From Babesia bigemina (lineage: Eukaryota), in assembly GCF_000981445.1 (NCBI RefSeq), contig NC_027217.1, positions 248,001 through 312,000 on the forward strand: DNA of 64,000 nt, read 5' to 3'. The notes beneath the pieces are model-generated. The model did not search any database. It was not told the DNA's origin and saw only the letters and a list, made by a program, of their open reading frames with translations. Positions 23,566 to 34,870 of this stretch are shown in pieces. Numbering within the stretch: the stretch's first letter is position 1; each line of letters opens with the position of its first letter. A program made the position numbers and the translations under genes.

Positions 23566-25344
23566 ATGGGACTGCTTCGGGTCCTCGGCGCCCTGGCCAT
23601 CGCAATCCACGCCGCTGCGGTGCTGGAGCGCGGCGGCAGCGCGGCCGGTACGGCTATGGCAGTCGCCCTGCGCAGCTGTGAGGGCTGCTGCGATGTGTTG
23701 GGCCCCGGGCGCGCGACTCGGGCGCCGCGCGGCGCCGGCGCGTTCATCGGCTCGTCAGCCGCCAAGTGGAAGGTAGGTGGCGGTCCGTGCGCAACAGCAG
23801 CTGCAGGCGGGTTCCGGCGCGGTCCTGGACGGCCGTAGGGCGTCCGCTCTAGGCAGGAGTTTCGCGAAGGCGAAAGAAGAGGTGCGCGCTGCGTGAACGA
23901 GTGGTTTTGTGCTGTGGTACATGTCGTGTGCGTGTCGGTACGTAGCAGTGGCCGCGAACGGCGGTGGTTCCGGCGTCCGGGCGGGTTGCATTTCGCGTGT
24001 TGGATTACCCCTCAATTGCGCAAAGGACCCCGCTTCCACGGATGATGACCTCGACGGAGTGGCCTCCGATGTCTTCGAGGACGAGGTGGGGTACGACGAC
24101 ATCTACGACGAGGATAGCGAGTACGGCAGCGAGGAGGAGGAGGAGGATGAAGAAGATGAAGATGAAGAAGGCTCGACGTCGGAGTACGACTCCGACGAGG
24201 AGGCGGGCAACAGCGCCTTCGACTACAACGCCCGCGGGGAGCTGATGCTGCCCAACCTTCCCAGGCTGTCGAGGACGCGCGTGTCCCGTAACCGCCACAA
24301 GCTGTTCCGGGGCAGCGTCGTGCACCTCTCCGACCTGGTCTACCCGTTGGTGGTTCACGACAAGGTGGGTGCCCCCGCTTGCGCCGTGACGTTTCGCAGG
24401 AATCGTCGGAGTCCGTGCCCGAGGTGCCGGGGCTGAGGCTGATGTCCATTGCGGACCTTGTGAAGGAGGTCGAGGAGGCCCGTAACCTGGGCCTGACGTC
24501 GTTCATGATCCACCCCCACATCGACAAGGCTCTGCGCAGCCAGTTCGCCGATGAGGGGCTGAACCCGGACGGGCTGCTGCCGCGCGCGATCGACGCCGTC
24601 AAGGAGGCCTTCCCTGACGTGCAGGTGTTCGCCGACGCGAGCGTGGCGCACTTCTCGCTGGACGGCCACGACGGCCTGGTGGAGCCGCAGACCGACTTCA
24701 TCGCCAACGACGTGTCGGTGAGCCAGGTGGCGAAGCAGGTGACCACGCTGGCGTCCGCCGGGTGCGACGTGGTGTCTCTGAACGACACGCTGGACGGCAC
24801 CGTCGGTGTGGCGCGCGACGCGCTTGACTTCGAGGGGTTCACCGACGTGTCGCTGATGAGTCGCGCCGGCAAGTTCAACTCCGTGCTCATGGCGCAGCAG
24901 CGCAAGCTGCTCGGCATGACCCCGTCGGAGAATGTGCGGCCCGAGAGCTACCTGCATGACGTGGCGGTGGACGAGGAGAGCATCATGAAGGGCATGCAAG
25001 GTGCGTTTCCAGCCGACTGCGTCACACCCGCTGCAGATGTGGACGACGGGGCCGACCTGGTCGCCGTGGAGCCCGCCACCGGATTCCTGGACGTCATACG
25101 GAACCTCAAGGACCGGCTGCGAAGCCCCGTTGTGGCGGTGCACACGACCGGGGAGTACCGGGCGCTGAAGGCCGCGGCGGCGGCGGGGGTGTTCGACGAG
25201 CGCGCGGCTGCGCTCGAGGCCATCCGCGGCCTGCGGCGCGCCGGCGCCGACGTGATCATCTCCAGCTTCTCGAAGGATGTTGCGCAGTGGCTGTTGGAGG
25301 ATATGCAGACGAACGGGATGGAGCACGTAGCCCTAGGTTTCTAA
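23566..25344 (+). CDS. hemB: Apicoplast-targeted delta-aminolevulinate dehydratase/porphobilinogen synthase homologue, probably inactive; exons 23566-23772, 23807-23881, 24026-24364, 24400-25000, 25037-25344
   Basis: Hydrophobic signal + basic transit peptide; LSDLVYPLVVH, NPDGLLPRAIDAVKEAFPD, FSLDGHDG, AGCDVV..DTLDG, DDGADLVAVEP, GEYRALKAAA, RRAGADVII. All introns GT-AG and frame-consistent. Confidence 0.9.
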
Positions 25345-25483
25345 CCTGATGTAATCGTAGCACTTGCTGCCGGCCGCTGCTTTGCGTGATTTTGATTGTG
25401 ATGGTGATTGTGATTGTATGTGTTTTAGTTGTTTGCCGCGTTGCATGCCCCGTGTCTGCGCACGATACTGACCCGCCTTGCAG

Positions 25484-28400
25484 CCCGCTGACCCCCTGCC
25501 GGAGAACCCGCAAGTGGTGCGCGGGCGGCTGCCCAACGGCCTGGAGTACACGCTGCTGCCGAACGCGAACCACTGCGAGCGACTCGAGGCGTACCTGGAG
25601 GTGATGAGCGGCTCCGCGGACGAGCTGGACCACCAGCGCGGCGTGGCTCACTTCTGCGAGCACGTGACCTACATGGGCAGCAGGTGCGTTGCGGCGGGCC
25701 CCCGACTCACCACCCGCAGGAAACGGGACGCGCTCGTCGGCCGCGACGTGCGCACGAACGCGTTCACCGACTTCCACCACACGGTGTTCTACGCGTCGTG
25801 CCCGTCGTCGATGGAGGGCTGCGGCGGCCGCGAGGGCTCGCTGGAGCGTGCGCTGGAGGCGCTCGCCGACGTCGTCGTGGCGCCCACGCAGTTCACCGCC
25901 TCGCGCGTCGAGAAGGAGCGGCAGGCGATCCTGTCGGAGGCGCGCATCATCAACACGCTGGAGTACCGCAAGAACTGCGCCACCGTGGAGGCGCTGCACT
26001 CGGAGACCAGGTGGGCTGGCGGCGCGGCCACGGCTAACCCCTTGCAGGCTGTGTCGCAGGTTCCCCATCGGCGACCTCGACGCGTTGGAGCGCTACAGCG
26101 TGCAGGACCTGGCCGACTACCATCGCATACACTACCGCCCGTCGAACCTGCGCCTGTTCCTCGTCGGCGACATAGCGCCCGAGTCGGCCATCCGGGCGGT
26201 CGAGCGCGTGTTCGCCGGGATGCAGGAGGACCGGGAGCTGGTCGACCGGTACATGCGTGAGCACGCGGACATATACCAAGGCACCGTGAAGGAGTCGCGG
26301 TGGGGGCTCCCGCCGGCCAAGCACATCTGGGACCAGCCTGGTACGTTTGCAGCGCCGGGCGCCGTGTAACAACGCTGCAGGCCCGATCGCGCACGTTTGG
26401 CAAAACGGCCAAATAAGGAATTTGAGTCTCGAGGTCGTGAGAAAAATGCCGATCCCGACGATTCTCACGTGCGGCGATATGCGTCAGAGCTTGCTGATGA
26501 AGCTGGCGTACCGCATCATGTCGCTGAACTTCGACATTCTGCAGCGGGGCGCGGGCTCGCTGGAGTCGGTGGAGGCGAACGACTACGACTGCACCAACGA
26601 GGGCTGCCGCGTGCGCTCGTTCGAGTTCCGGTGCGCGCCCTACCAGTGGCGCGACGCGCTGTCGGCCGCCGTGGCGCAGGCGAAGTGCCTCGCCACGCAG
26701 GGCGCGACGCACGAGATGTTCTCCCTCGTCAGGGACTCGATGCTGCTCGACTGCTCGCGGCTGGACAGCGCCAAGGCGGACAACCGCGACGTCATCGCCG
26801 GGCTGATGGACGCGGCGACGTGCGGGCGCACGGTGATGCTTCCGGACGCCGAGAAGGAGCTGGTCACCGACATGCTGCACAGCGTCCGCCTGGACGACGT
26901 GAACGACATGGCGTCGCGGCTGTTCCCGTGGTCGTCCGGGGAGAGTTTCTCGGGGATCCACCTGATTTGCTCCACGCCTCCTCCTGACCCGTCCATCGGC
27001 TACGACGGCGTGACGGAGGAGCTCGTCGCCGACGCCTTTGAAAGCGAGTGCCGCGAGCCGCTCTCCGCCGCGGCGCTGAACCCCAACGTCAACACGCCGT
27101 CGCAGCTGCTGAGCGACGAGGAGCGCCGTGAGGTGGTCGGGCGTCGCCCGTACGGCGAGGCGCCGTCGTTCGTCGCCAACCCCATGCTGCCGAAGGAGCG
27201 GTACGCTCGCCCGGAGGAGCCGCGGGACGAGGTGCTGAGGTCGCTGGCCGTCGGCGGCGACCTCCGTCTGGTGTCGGAGCGGTACATCGACGCTGTGCGC
27301 GACTCGTTCAAGCTGCGGTCCGACATCGAGTACATCACGGAGAACACGGAGACGCCGTCGGAGCTGTCGCGGATCGGCGAACGGCTAACTGAGGGGTCCA
27401 GCCACCTCGTAAACGAGCGAGAGCACGGCAAGTACACCCAGGCGCTGGCGAACCTGCGCAAGCCCCTGGCGTCGACGCTGGACCCCGGCGACGTGCTCTA
27501 CCGCGAACGGCCGGGCCCGGCCGGCATCCACCTGCTGACGCTCGGCAACAGCATCCGTGTGAACCTGCGCGTGGGCGAGGGCGACCAGATGGCCATGAAG
27601 GCCGTGATCCCCATTGAGTACGACTACTGCAACCAGGAGGCGCTGCTGCGGCGCAAGCGCGAGCTGCTCCTGGCGGCCAACGCGATGATGGAGGGCGGCG
27701 CCATGGGCAGCCTGAGCCGGCTGCAGGTCGAGATGTTCTGCAGCCAGCACCTGATCGACGTGATGATCGGGGCCAACGAGGACTACTTCTCGATCGAGAT
27801 GTCGTTCCCCTACGGCCGGCAGGGCCGGCGCGGCGGCAACCTCGAGAGCGCCCTGCAGATAATGCACGCGCTGCTGCAGCACCACCGCATCGAGCCGGAC
27901 GCGCTGGCGCGTGCCAAGGACAAGCTGCGCCGCGACCGCGACGTGTATGCGCAGGATCTCCAGGCGTACGGCACCGCCGACCTGGTGTCCGCCATGAGCG
28001 AAGGCAAGCTGACCTACCACAACCTGGACATGGCGGCCATCGGCGAGTCCAAACTGGAAAACATCCAGGCCACGTTGGACGGGATCTTCAAGCGCGGCGC
28101 CGTCGAACTCTCGATGTCCGGCGCGTTCGACCTGCAGGCGGCGAAGTCACTGCTGCTGCAGTATATCGGCACCGTGCAGCTGCCCGAGTCGACGGCGCCC
28201 GCACCGGACCGCTACCAACTCTGGCGGCACTACGACACCGCAAGCGACGATGCGGCTGACAAGGGCGCCCGGTTCACCACTGTCCAAGACGACGCCGTTG
28301 GCCCCGCTTCCACTGGCGGAAGCGGATCGGAGGCGTCCGACGCCCCGGCGAGCCCCGAGGAGCGGCACCGGCTCATTTTGGTGCCGGACAACCAGGAGCG

Positions 28401-29111
28401 CGCCATGGTGCTGGTGGGCGGCTACGCCCCGAACGCCAGCGGGATCATGCCGGACGGGACTCACATGGCCGACATCATGCACGCGGAGCTGTACGCGACC
28501 TTGGCGACCGACAGGGACGTGAACAACAACGTGGAGAAGCTGGTGCGCACGGCGAAGGAGCTGTGGCTGCACCCCGCGTTTCCCCGCGCCGCGTGCGCGC
28601 TGCTGCAGGAGATTCTCAACAACCGCTCGTTCACCGTGGTAAGCTTTGCGTGAGCCCCCTTCATCGCACTCAGCTGCGCGCGGAGAAGCACCTGACGTAC
28701 GAGTCGAACGTCGACTTCGTGCTGTACGACGTGCAATTCGCAGGCTATTTCGTGATCTCAGTGCACTCGTCGTTCGACAAGTCGGAGTCTATCCTGGAGG
28801 AGACGCGCAACCTGGTGGCCGAGCTGCGGGCTGGGATCAGGCCAGTCACGGAGCACCATCTGCAGCGCGCGCGGGACCAGGTGGTTGCGCGCCTGCGCAA
28901 GGACAGGACCGCCCACCGCCACTGGGTCGGCGAGCTGCTGGGGACGCAGAGCCGTCGGGTGCCGCTAAAGAGTTCATTATTCTGCACTGAGTTCGAGCGG
29001 GTGCTGCGCCGCATCACCTTGGACGACGTGCACCTGATGTTCGGGTCGAACGCCTTCGGCTTCGGCGAGGAGCACATGTGGAGCCGCGTCGTGCACACGG
29101 CCGTCGGCTAG
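25484..29111 (+). CDS. SPP: Stromal processing peptidase (M16 insulinase family); no own ATG/leader, predicted to be spliced to exons 1-2 at 23566-23881
   Basis: VRGRLPNGLEYTLLPN...LEAYLEVMSGSADELDHQRGVAHFCEHVTYMGS (HxxEH at 25649-25663), TNAFTDFHHTVF, VEKERQAILSE, RFPIGD; acceptor 25482-25483 with branch point TACTGAC; four short internal introns. Confidence 0.92.
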
Positions 29112-29123
29112 CAGCGCGTGCCG

Positions 29124-31853
29124 CTACCAGCCGCTCCTGTCGTCACGCGCGGCGCGCGCCCACCGGCCGGCAATCTCGAAGAGCGGGATGAAGTTGTAGC
29201 GGGCGGTCAGCTCGTTGACCTGATCGACGGGCAGGCCGCAGGTCCCGGAGTTGATCTCCATTGCCATCTTGTCCAGTGCGGTGAGGACGTAGAGCAGCGA
29301 TTCCGTCGGGACGGCGGTGGGCCTCGTGTGGATGCTGGACTTCAGCCGGGGGCGCCTGAGCAGCCCCTGCATCCAGACCTTGAGGCGCGCGGCGAGGCAG
29401 AACTCGAGCGAGTTCGTCTCCACCGCGTCCCAGCACGCGATGCCGACGCGCCCCATGAGGAACGAGACCTCCGTCAGCGCCCCGCGGTCGAGCCCCCGCA
29501 CGTTGCGTGCCACGTGCGCCGAGAAGAGCACGCCGAATAGCATGTCGACACATAAGCTTGCGGCGCGGTCCGCTGCCAACTCAGCAAAGAAGTAAATCAT
29601 GAACCGCAGCGTCGAGGGCATCGTGGCCACGTCGGACGACTGCACGAGCTTGTTCACGACGTGGGACGTCGCCTCCTCGGCCGCGTGCCTCGCGTCGGCG
29701 TTGTCCGCGACGAACGCGTGCAGGCAGTCGCAGTATAGCTTTACCCACTCGATCGATTCCTCGCAGCCGTAGCGCTCGTGCAGGAATATGAAGTTCAGAA
29801 TCTCGCTTATGCAGCTCGAGCTGCGCATCAGCATGCAGAGGCTGCTCTGGCTGAGGTCCTGTATCTCGAACTCGCAGGCGTTGGTCACCAGCGTGTCCAT
29901 CTCCTCGAAGTAGTTGGCCAGCGTCGCGACGTGCCTGATCACGTGGTTCTTCTCCGGGATGCGCACCGCGCGGATGAAGTGCAGCAGCGTCGCCATCCCG
30001 CCCTCGGAGAGCAGCGTCCACACCGGCTCCAGGACGTGGTCCTGCACCGCCAGCACCAGCTGGGAGGGCTGCGGCTCGGGCGCTGGGCCCGTCGGGGACG
30101 CGGCGCCGTCCTCCGTGCGCGCCGCGCCGACCGCCACGCTGTGAGGCACTCCGGTCAGCTCCATGGGCTCGTTCTTGAGGATCGAGTCGATCTTGCTCTT
30201 CAGACTGACGCGCTCGCCCTGGACGTGGCTGACGCCGTCGCCGAGGTCCTCGAAGAGGTTGGTGCGCGTGAAGTCGCCGGCCACGGCGGCGTCGGAGGCG
30301 CCCGCGTTCGCGGTTGCGCCGCTGCCGATGGCCTGCTGCAGCGGCATGCGGCTCAACTCGGTGCCGCCGACGAGCACCAGGCGCTGCGTCATCCAGAAGG
30401 GGAGGTTGGAGACGCTGACCCTGCAGTCCGCGCCGAGCATCTTGTCGACCAGCAGGTCGTACTTCTTGCGGTTCGTGATGAAGTCGGCGTGGTTCAGCGA
30501 GAGCAGCAGGTGCGCCATGGAGCTCTCCAGCCAGTCGATGAGGAGCAGCTCGGTCTCGGCCTCGCGCCGGATGGCCTTGAGGTACTGCAGCTTGCGGGCG
30601 CGCATGCCGTCCAGCCGCTCCAGCAGCATCGAGGTGGCGTTGTCGATCTTCTCGCGCACGTTGTTGAAGTTCGCGTAGATTTGCGACAGCAGGTCGTGGC
30701 GGTTCCGGATCCGCCCCATGATGGTTTCCATGCGCCGCTTCAGGACGGCGTCGCTCTCGGACGTCTTGCGCGTGGCGCACTCGTACGCGTCGAGGGTCGA
30801 CATCAGCGGGTGGTCGAAGAAGGACGGGTCGGAGTGCGCGTCGAAGAGTATGCAGTGGCTGCAGAGGGCGCGGTTGCACTGCGCGAGCGTTAGCGGCGGG
30901 GCCGGCGGGGCCGGCGGCGGCCGGGCACCTACCTGTAGGCAGACCACGTCGATGACCTCCGAGGGGTGCGACTCGCACAGCCCGAATTGCACCGGCGACT
31001 TGGACGTCGCCACGCGGGTGTGGCGCGCGAATATGGGCGTCACCGAGTGCTGCTTGGCGTCGCAGGCGTTGCAGAAGTGTGCCCTGCGCACGGTCAACCA
31101 ACGCAACGGCCGGCACTTACTTGTCCGAGTGGCAGTACCACTGGGCCGCGGCCGACTCACACATCTCGCAGACGGGCTCCGGCACCTCGATCTTGACCGG
31201 GGTGAACTCGAACTCCACGGCGGCGCACAGCAACGCCTGCCGCTCGGAGCTTATGCGATAAAGCGCGTTGTAGAACGCGGGCTCGGTGTTGGTGCACAGC
31301 TCCAGGGAGTCGTAGCCGGCCGGCACCCTGCGCTTCAAGAACGCGTCGTGGTCCCCCGCCTCTGGAGTGTGCGACATCGTGCGGCCCACGGCGACGCGGA
31401 AGAGCAGCATGCGGTACGAGCCGGTAGGGTTGCCTGAGGCCGGTGAACGCCCAGCGGCGCGACTTACCCTGGAAGCCTAACGGAGGCGATATGGTGCCGG
31501 TCTCGAACAGCTGCTGCGTCACGTCCACCGACATGGTGCCGCGCTTGGCGCAGTCGTCGAACGACTGCGGAGGCTCCATGCGGTTCATGTCCATCCAGAC
31601 CGGGAGGATGGAGCCCTGGTAAAGCTGCGGCCGGTTAGAACGCCAGGACGGTATCGCTCACCTCCGCAGAGCTGCTCTTGAAGCGGGCTTCGTCTTCCGG
31701 ACTGGCGAGCGCGAACGCCTTGGTGACGTGCAGGTCTGCAGTGTGGAACGCCAGCTGCAGCAGGTACTCCAGGTACGTCAGCTCGTGCATGTCCTCGATG
31801 GGCTTCGGCTGAAACGGCACGCCGTTCGCCGTTCTGCGCGCCATGTCTGCCAT
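29124..31853 (-). CDS. B-box zinc-finger/coiled-coil protein with N-terminal PARP/ART-like fold, multi-exon
   Basis: CEMCESAAAQWYCHSDK|AHFCNACDAKQH...FARHTR and CESHPSEVIDVVCLQ|CNRALCSHC..AH (two B-boxes), then coiled coil. N-terminal RMLLFRVAVGR...VPAGYDSL. Confidence 0.75.
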
Positions 31854-32283
31854 CGCGCCCGGATGCGATGCTCACGGCGGGACCGTCGCGATGGTTGGCA
31901 GGCTGCCAGAGCTCGGCCGTCACGCCACTGGCGCAGTCATCACGCCGACGCCTTCATGCCGCCCATGTGGATGCAAAGCGGCTGTCACGTGTGGATGTGT
32001 GCGGCCGTTTTCCCGCGGTTGAGGTTTGGGTCCCTAGGGTACCGATGTGCAGTGTCTACGGAGCAGACATCAGCGCTGGATACCGAAAACGGCACGTGAA
32101 ACATTCTACATTCGCATTAGAGTTAATGTGTGAGGTAGCGTACGTCTTCACGCCACCGCAGGGCTTGCACGTGGCCGCCGGCATTCCGGCGGCGATGGGT
32201 CACGCAAACACCGGCGTATGGCACGCGTGATGGATTGCCACACACAGCTCAGCTGGCAGCGGCAGCCGCGTGCCGCTGTTGCC

Positions 32284-32609
32284 TCAGGCGGCGTCGCTGT
32301 AGGACTCCGCGCCCGCCTCGACGAAGGCGTCCGTGAGCAGGTCGCAAATCTCGACGAGCTCGTCCAGGCACTCCCCGAAAACCTTCACTGCGGGAACACC
32401 TAGCGATCATTGTTTGCCGGCGGTGTTAGCTTACCGGTGGTCTGAATACGGATGTTGACTTCGGGCTGCATCGGATGCGGTACGGAGTACCCCGCGAAGA
32501 CCACGTCCTCGCGCTCGACCAGCAGCGTGCGCAGGGTGTTGCCCAGCGTGTGGTCCTCGTTCTCGATGCTGAACGTGATGTTCGGCGACGTCGTGTCCAC
32601 CTTGTCCAT
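32284..32609 (-). CDS. RPAC2: RNA polymerase I/III subunit AC19 (RPAC2); intron 32400-32434
   Basis: TFSIENEDHTLGNTLR...VVFAGYSVPHPMQPEVNIRIQTT (YSxPHP and IRIQT, AC19 type). Confidence 0.88.
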
Positions 32610-32950
32610 CGTGAGCGGCCGTCAGGGTTCGGACGGCGTGGCTCGCGGGAAGATGCTGCAGTGATTGTATGCCTGTCGTTCTACATTAATTGGTTGTGGT
32701 TGGCGGCTCGGCGCCGTTGACCCTACGTGGGTGATTCCGCAGGCAGCGACCTTCCGCGCGGCGGCGAGCGGCGGTTACTAGGGCACACATTGCCGCACTC
32801 CCGTCGTAGAATACGTAATTTACGATCAAATGGCGCGTCAATGCCGATGAAGGACGGCCGGCCGCACTTTTGCGCGGGATTCCACGCACGCCGACGGCGG
32901 TGCCGTGATGACGCCGCTTGACGGGAACGGCCTCAGAAACCGCTCTATAC

Positions 32951-34759
32951 ATGGTAGCGGCTGCGTTGGCGCTACGGCTGATCGGCTGTGCCGCCTGCCT
33001 GTCGGTTTGTGGTTATCGCAGCTCCCGGAAGGGAGCGTCCATGGCATTCGCAACTCCAGGGAGAATATGCGGGACACGAACAAGGTGTGAGGGGTCAGCC
33101 CGCCCTGTAGACATACTGGGGGTGCCTTCGCGATTGTATGCGTCGGATCCGGTGGGTCCCGCCACTTCAACGGCTACCGAACATGCGGTGAATCCTACTT
33201 CATCCGCCGAACGTGCAGCGACTCTGCCGAACGGCTCAGCTGATGATGGCTCGGGCTACGATGCGGAGGCGCTGGCTGCCGCTTTCACCCACGGAGCCAG
33301 CGCGCCGATGCTGCGGCAGATCAGCAGCCGTCTGGCGAAGATGCGGACCATCAAAGGAGATCTGCGTGTCGACCCGTACCCCGAGGTGAGCGAGGAGAGC
33401 GCTCGTACGGTCGTCGACGTCGGCCGCATTGCAGCCGCTCACGCCGATCTTGGTGACGGGGAAGAGGTGGAATCTATAAAGTACCGCGTGCGCGGGCGCA
33501 TCAAGTCGATCCGATTTGACGGCTTGTTTGTGGTAATCGAGGACGTCAAGGGCCACGGCCTGCAGGTCATGTTCAGACGCCACCAGGACATCGCGGTCGG
33601 CGGCGCGTCGTTCAGCGCCAACCGTGTTGGAGATGTGCTCGATATCGGCGACATCATACTTGTAGAGGGGCACCCGAAACGCACGGCCACGGGCGAGATG
33701 ACGTTGGTGGCACACTCCTTGGGGGTGCTCGCCAAATGCCTGCTGCCGATGCCCGACGGCTTCCACGGCCTGAAGGACGTCGATACGCGACAGCGACTGC
33801 GCCACCTGGATATAATGACGTCCGCGGAAACTAAGCGGCTGCTACAGCAACGGTCGCACATGGTCTGGATGCTGCGCCAGTTCCTCCACGGCCGGGGTTA
33901 TGTGGAGGTCGAGACGCCGGTCCTCTACCACGGGTACAGCGGCGCGCAGGCTACGCCGTTTGTGACGCGCTCGGAGGCGCTCGACCAGCGGCTGTATCTC
34001 AGGATCGCGCCCGAGTTGTTCCTGAAGCGCCTGGTCACCGCCGGCCTCGCCGATAGGGTCTTCGAGATCGGCAAGTGCTTCCGCAACGAGGGAACGAGCA
34101 CGCACCACTCCCCCGAGTTCACGATGCTCGAGCTGTACCAGCAGATGGCGGGCATGGGGGACATGATGCGGATGACGGAGGAGATTGTGGCGACGGTCGC
34201 AACGGGGCTGCGCGTCGCCGTCCCCAAGTTCACGACCAAGTCGATGAGCGCGCTCATAGAGGAACATGCAGGGGTCAAGGTGGAACAGTGCAGCAGCGAA
34301 CAGCTGGTGGCCGCGCTGGCGGAGAGAGGCGTGGACGAGACGGCGTTGCACGACACGACTTGGGGCGGCCTGGTTTGCGCCCTTTTCAAGCATGCCGTCG
34401 AGGGCAAAATACTCGAGCCCACGCACGTCACAGCGCTACCCGCCGACTCATCGCCACTGGCGGCGGTTGACGCGGACGGCGTCCACGGACGCGTGTTCGA
34501 GTCGTACCTCGGCGGCCTGGAGTTCGCGCACGGATGCACCGAGGAGTGCGACCCCGTCAAGCTCCTGCGCAAACTGGATCGCTGCAGGCAGGAAGGGCTG
34601 AGCAGCTCGAGGGACACCGAGTTCCTCAACGCCGTGGCGTACGGAATGCCGCCCACAGCGGGGCTAGGCATCGGGATCGACAGGCTCCTGATGGCCCTCA
34701 CCGGGGCAACCAGCATCAAACACACGCAGACATTCCCGCTGCTGAAAAATGTAGAATAG
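32951..34759 (+). CDS. lysS: Class II lysyl-tRNA synthetase, probably apicoplast-targeted
   Basis: Signal-like MVAAALALRLIGCAACLSVCG plus basic transit region; OB fold; EVETPVL, LYLRIAPELFLKRL, FEIGKCFRNEG...HSPEFTMLELY, YGMPPTAGLGIGIDRL. Confidence 0.93.
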   Translation: MVAAALALRLIGCAACLSVCGYRSSRKGASMAFATPGRICGTRTRCEGSARPVDILGVPSRLYASDPVGPATSTATEHAVNPTSSAERAATLPNGSADDGSGYDAEALAAAFTHGASAPMLRQISSRLAKMRTIKGDLRVDPYPEVSEESARTVVDVGRIAAAHADLGDGEEVESIKYRVRGRIKSIRFDGLFVVIEDVKGHGLQVMFRRHQDIAVGGASFSANRVGDVLDIGDIILVEGHPKRTATGEMTLVAHSLGVLAKCLLPMPDGFHGLKDVDTRQRLRHLDIMTSAETKRLLQQRSHMVWMLRQFLHGRGYVEVETPVLYHGYSGAQATPFVTRSEALDQRLYLRIAPELFLKRLVTAGLADRVFEIGKCFRNEGTSTHHSPEFTMLELYQQMAGMGDMMRMTEEIVATVATGLRVAVPKFTTKSMSALIEEHAGVKVEQCSSEQLVAALAERGVDETALHDTTWGGLVCALFKHAVEGKILEPTHVTALPADSSPLAAVDADGVHGRVFESYLGGLEFAHGCTEECDPVKLLRKLDRCRQEGLSSSRDTEFLNAVAYGMPPTAGLGIGIDRLLMALTGATSIKHTQTFPLLKNVE

Positions 34760-34870
34760 ACATTTGCGATAGCCACGCGTGGCGTTTACATTGGGGGGGG
34801 GTTGTTTGACGTGGCAGCGCGTAGGCGCCGACGGGCGCGGCGGCTGCCAGACACGCAGGCCCGCGGTTGC

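Noticed and set aside
25001..25036. Apparent 12-aa insertions in HemB (GAFPADCVTPAA) and SPP (25684-25719)
   Set aside because: Both are 36-nt stop-free GT-AG introns; removing them restores the family motifs.
25386..25420. (GTGATT)n-like microrepeat after the HemB stop
   Set aside because: Short and degenerate; likely 3'UTR/intron low complexity.
986..34776. Many long antisense or alternate-frame ORFs (e.g. 2588-3757, 15791-16879, 25789-26961, 29581-31116, 29778-30893)
   Set aside because: Shadow ORFs caused by high GC3 in real genes; Arg/Ala/Gly/Pro-rich with no recognisable motifs.
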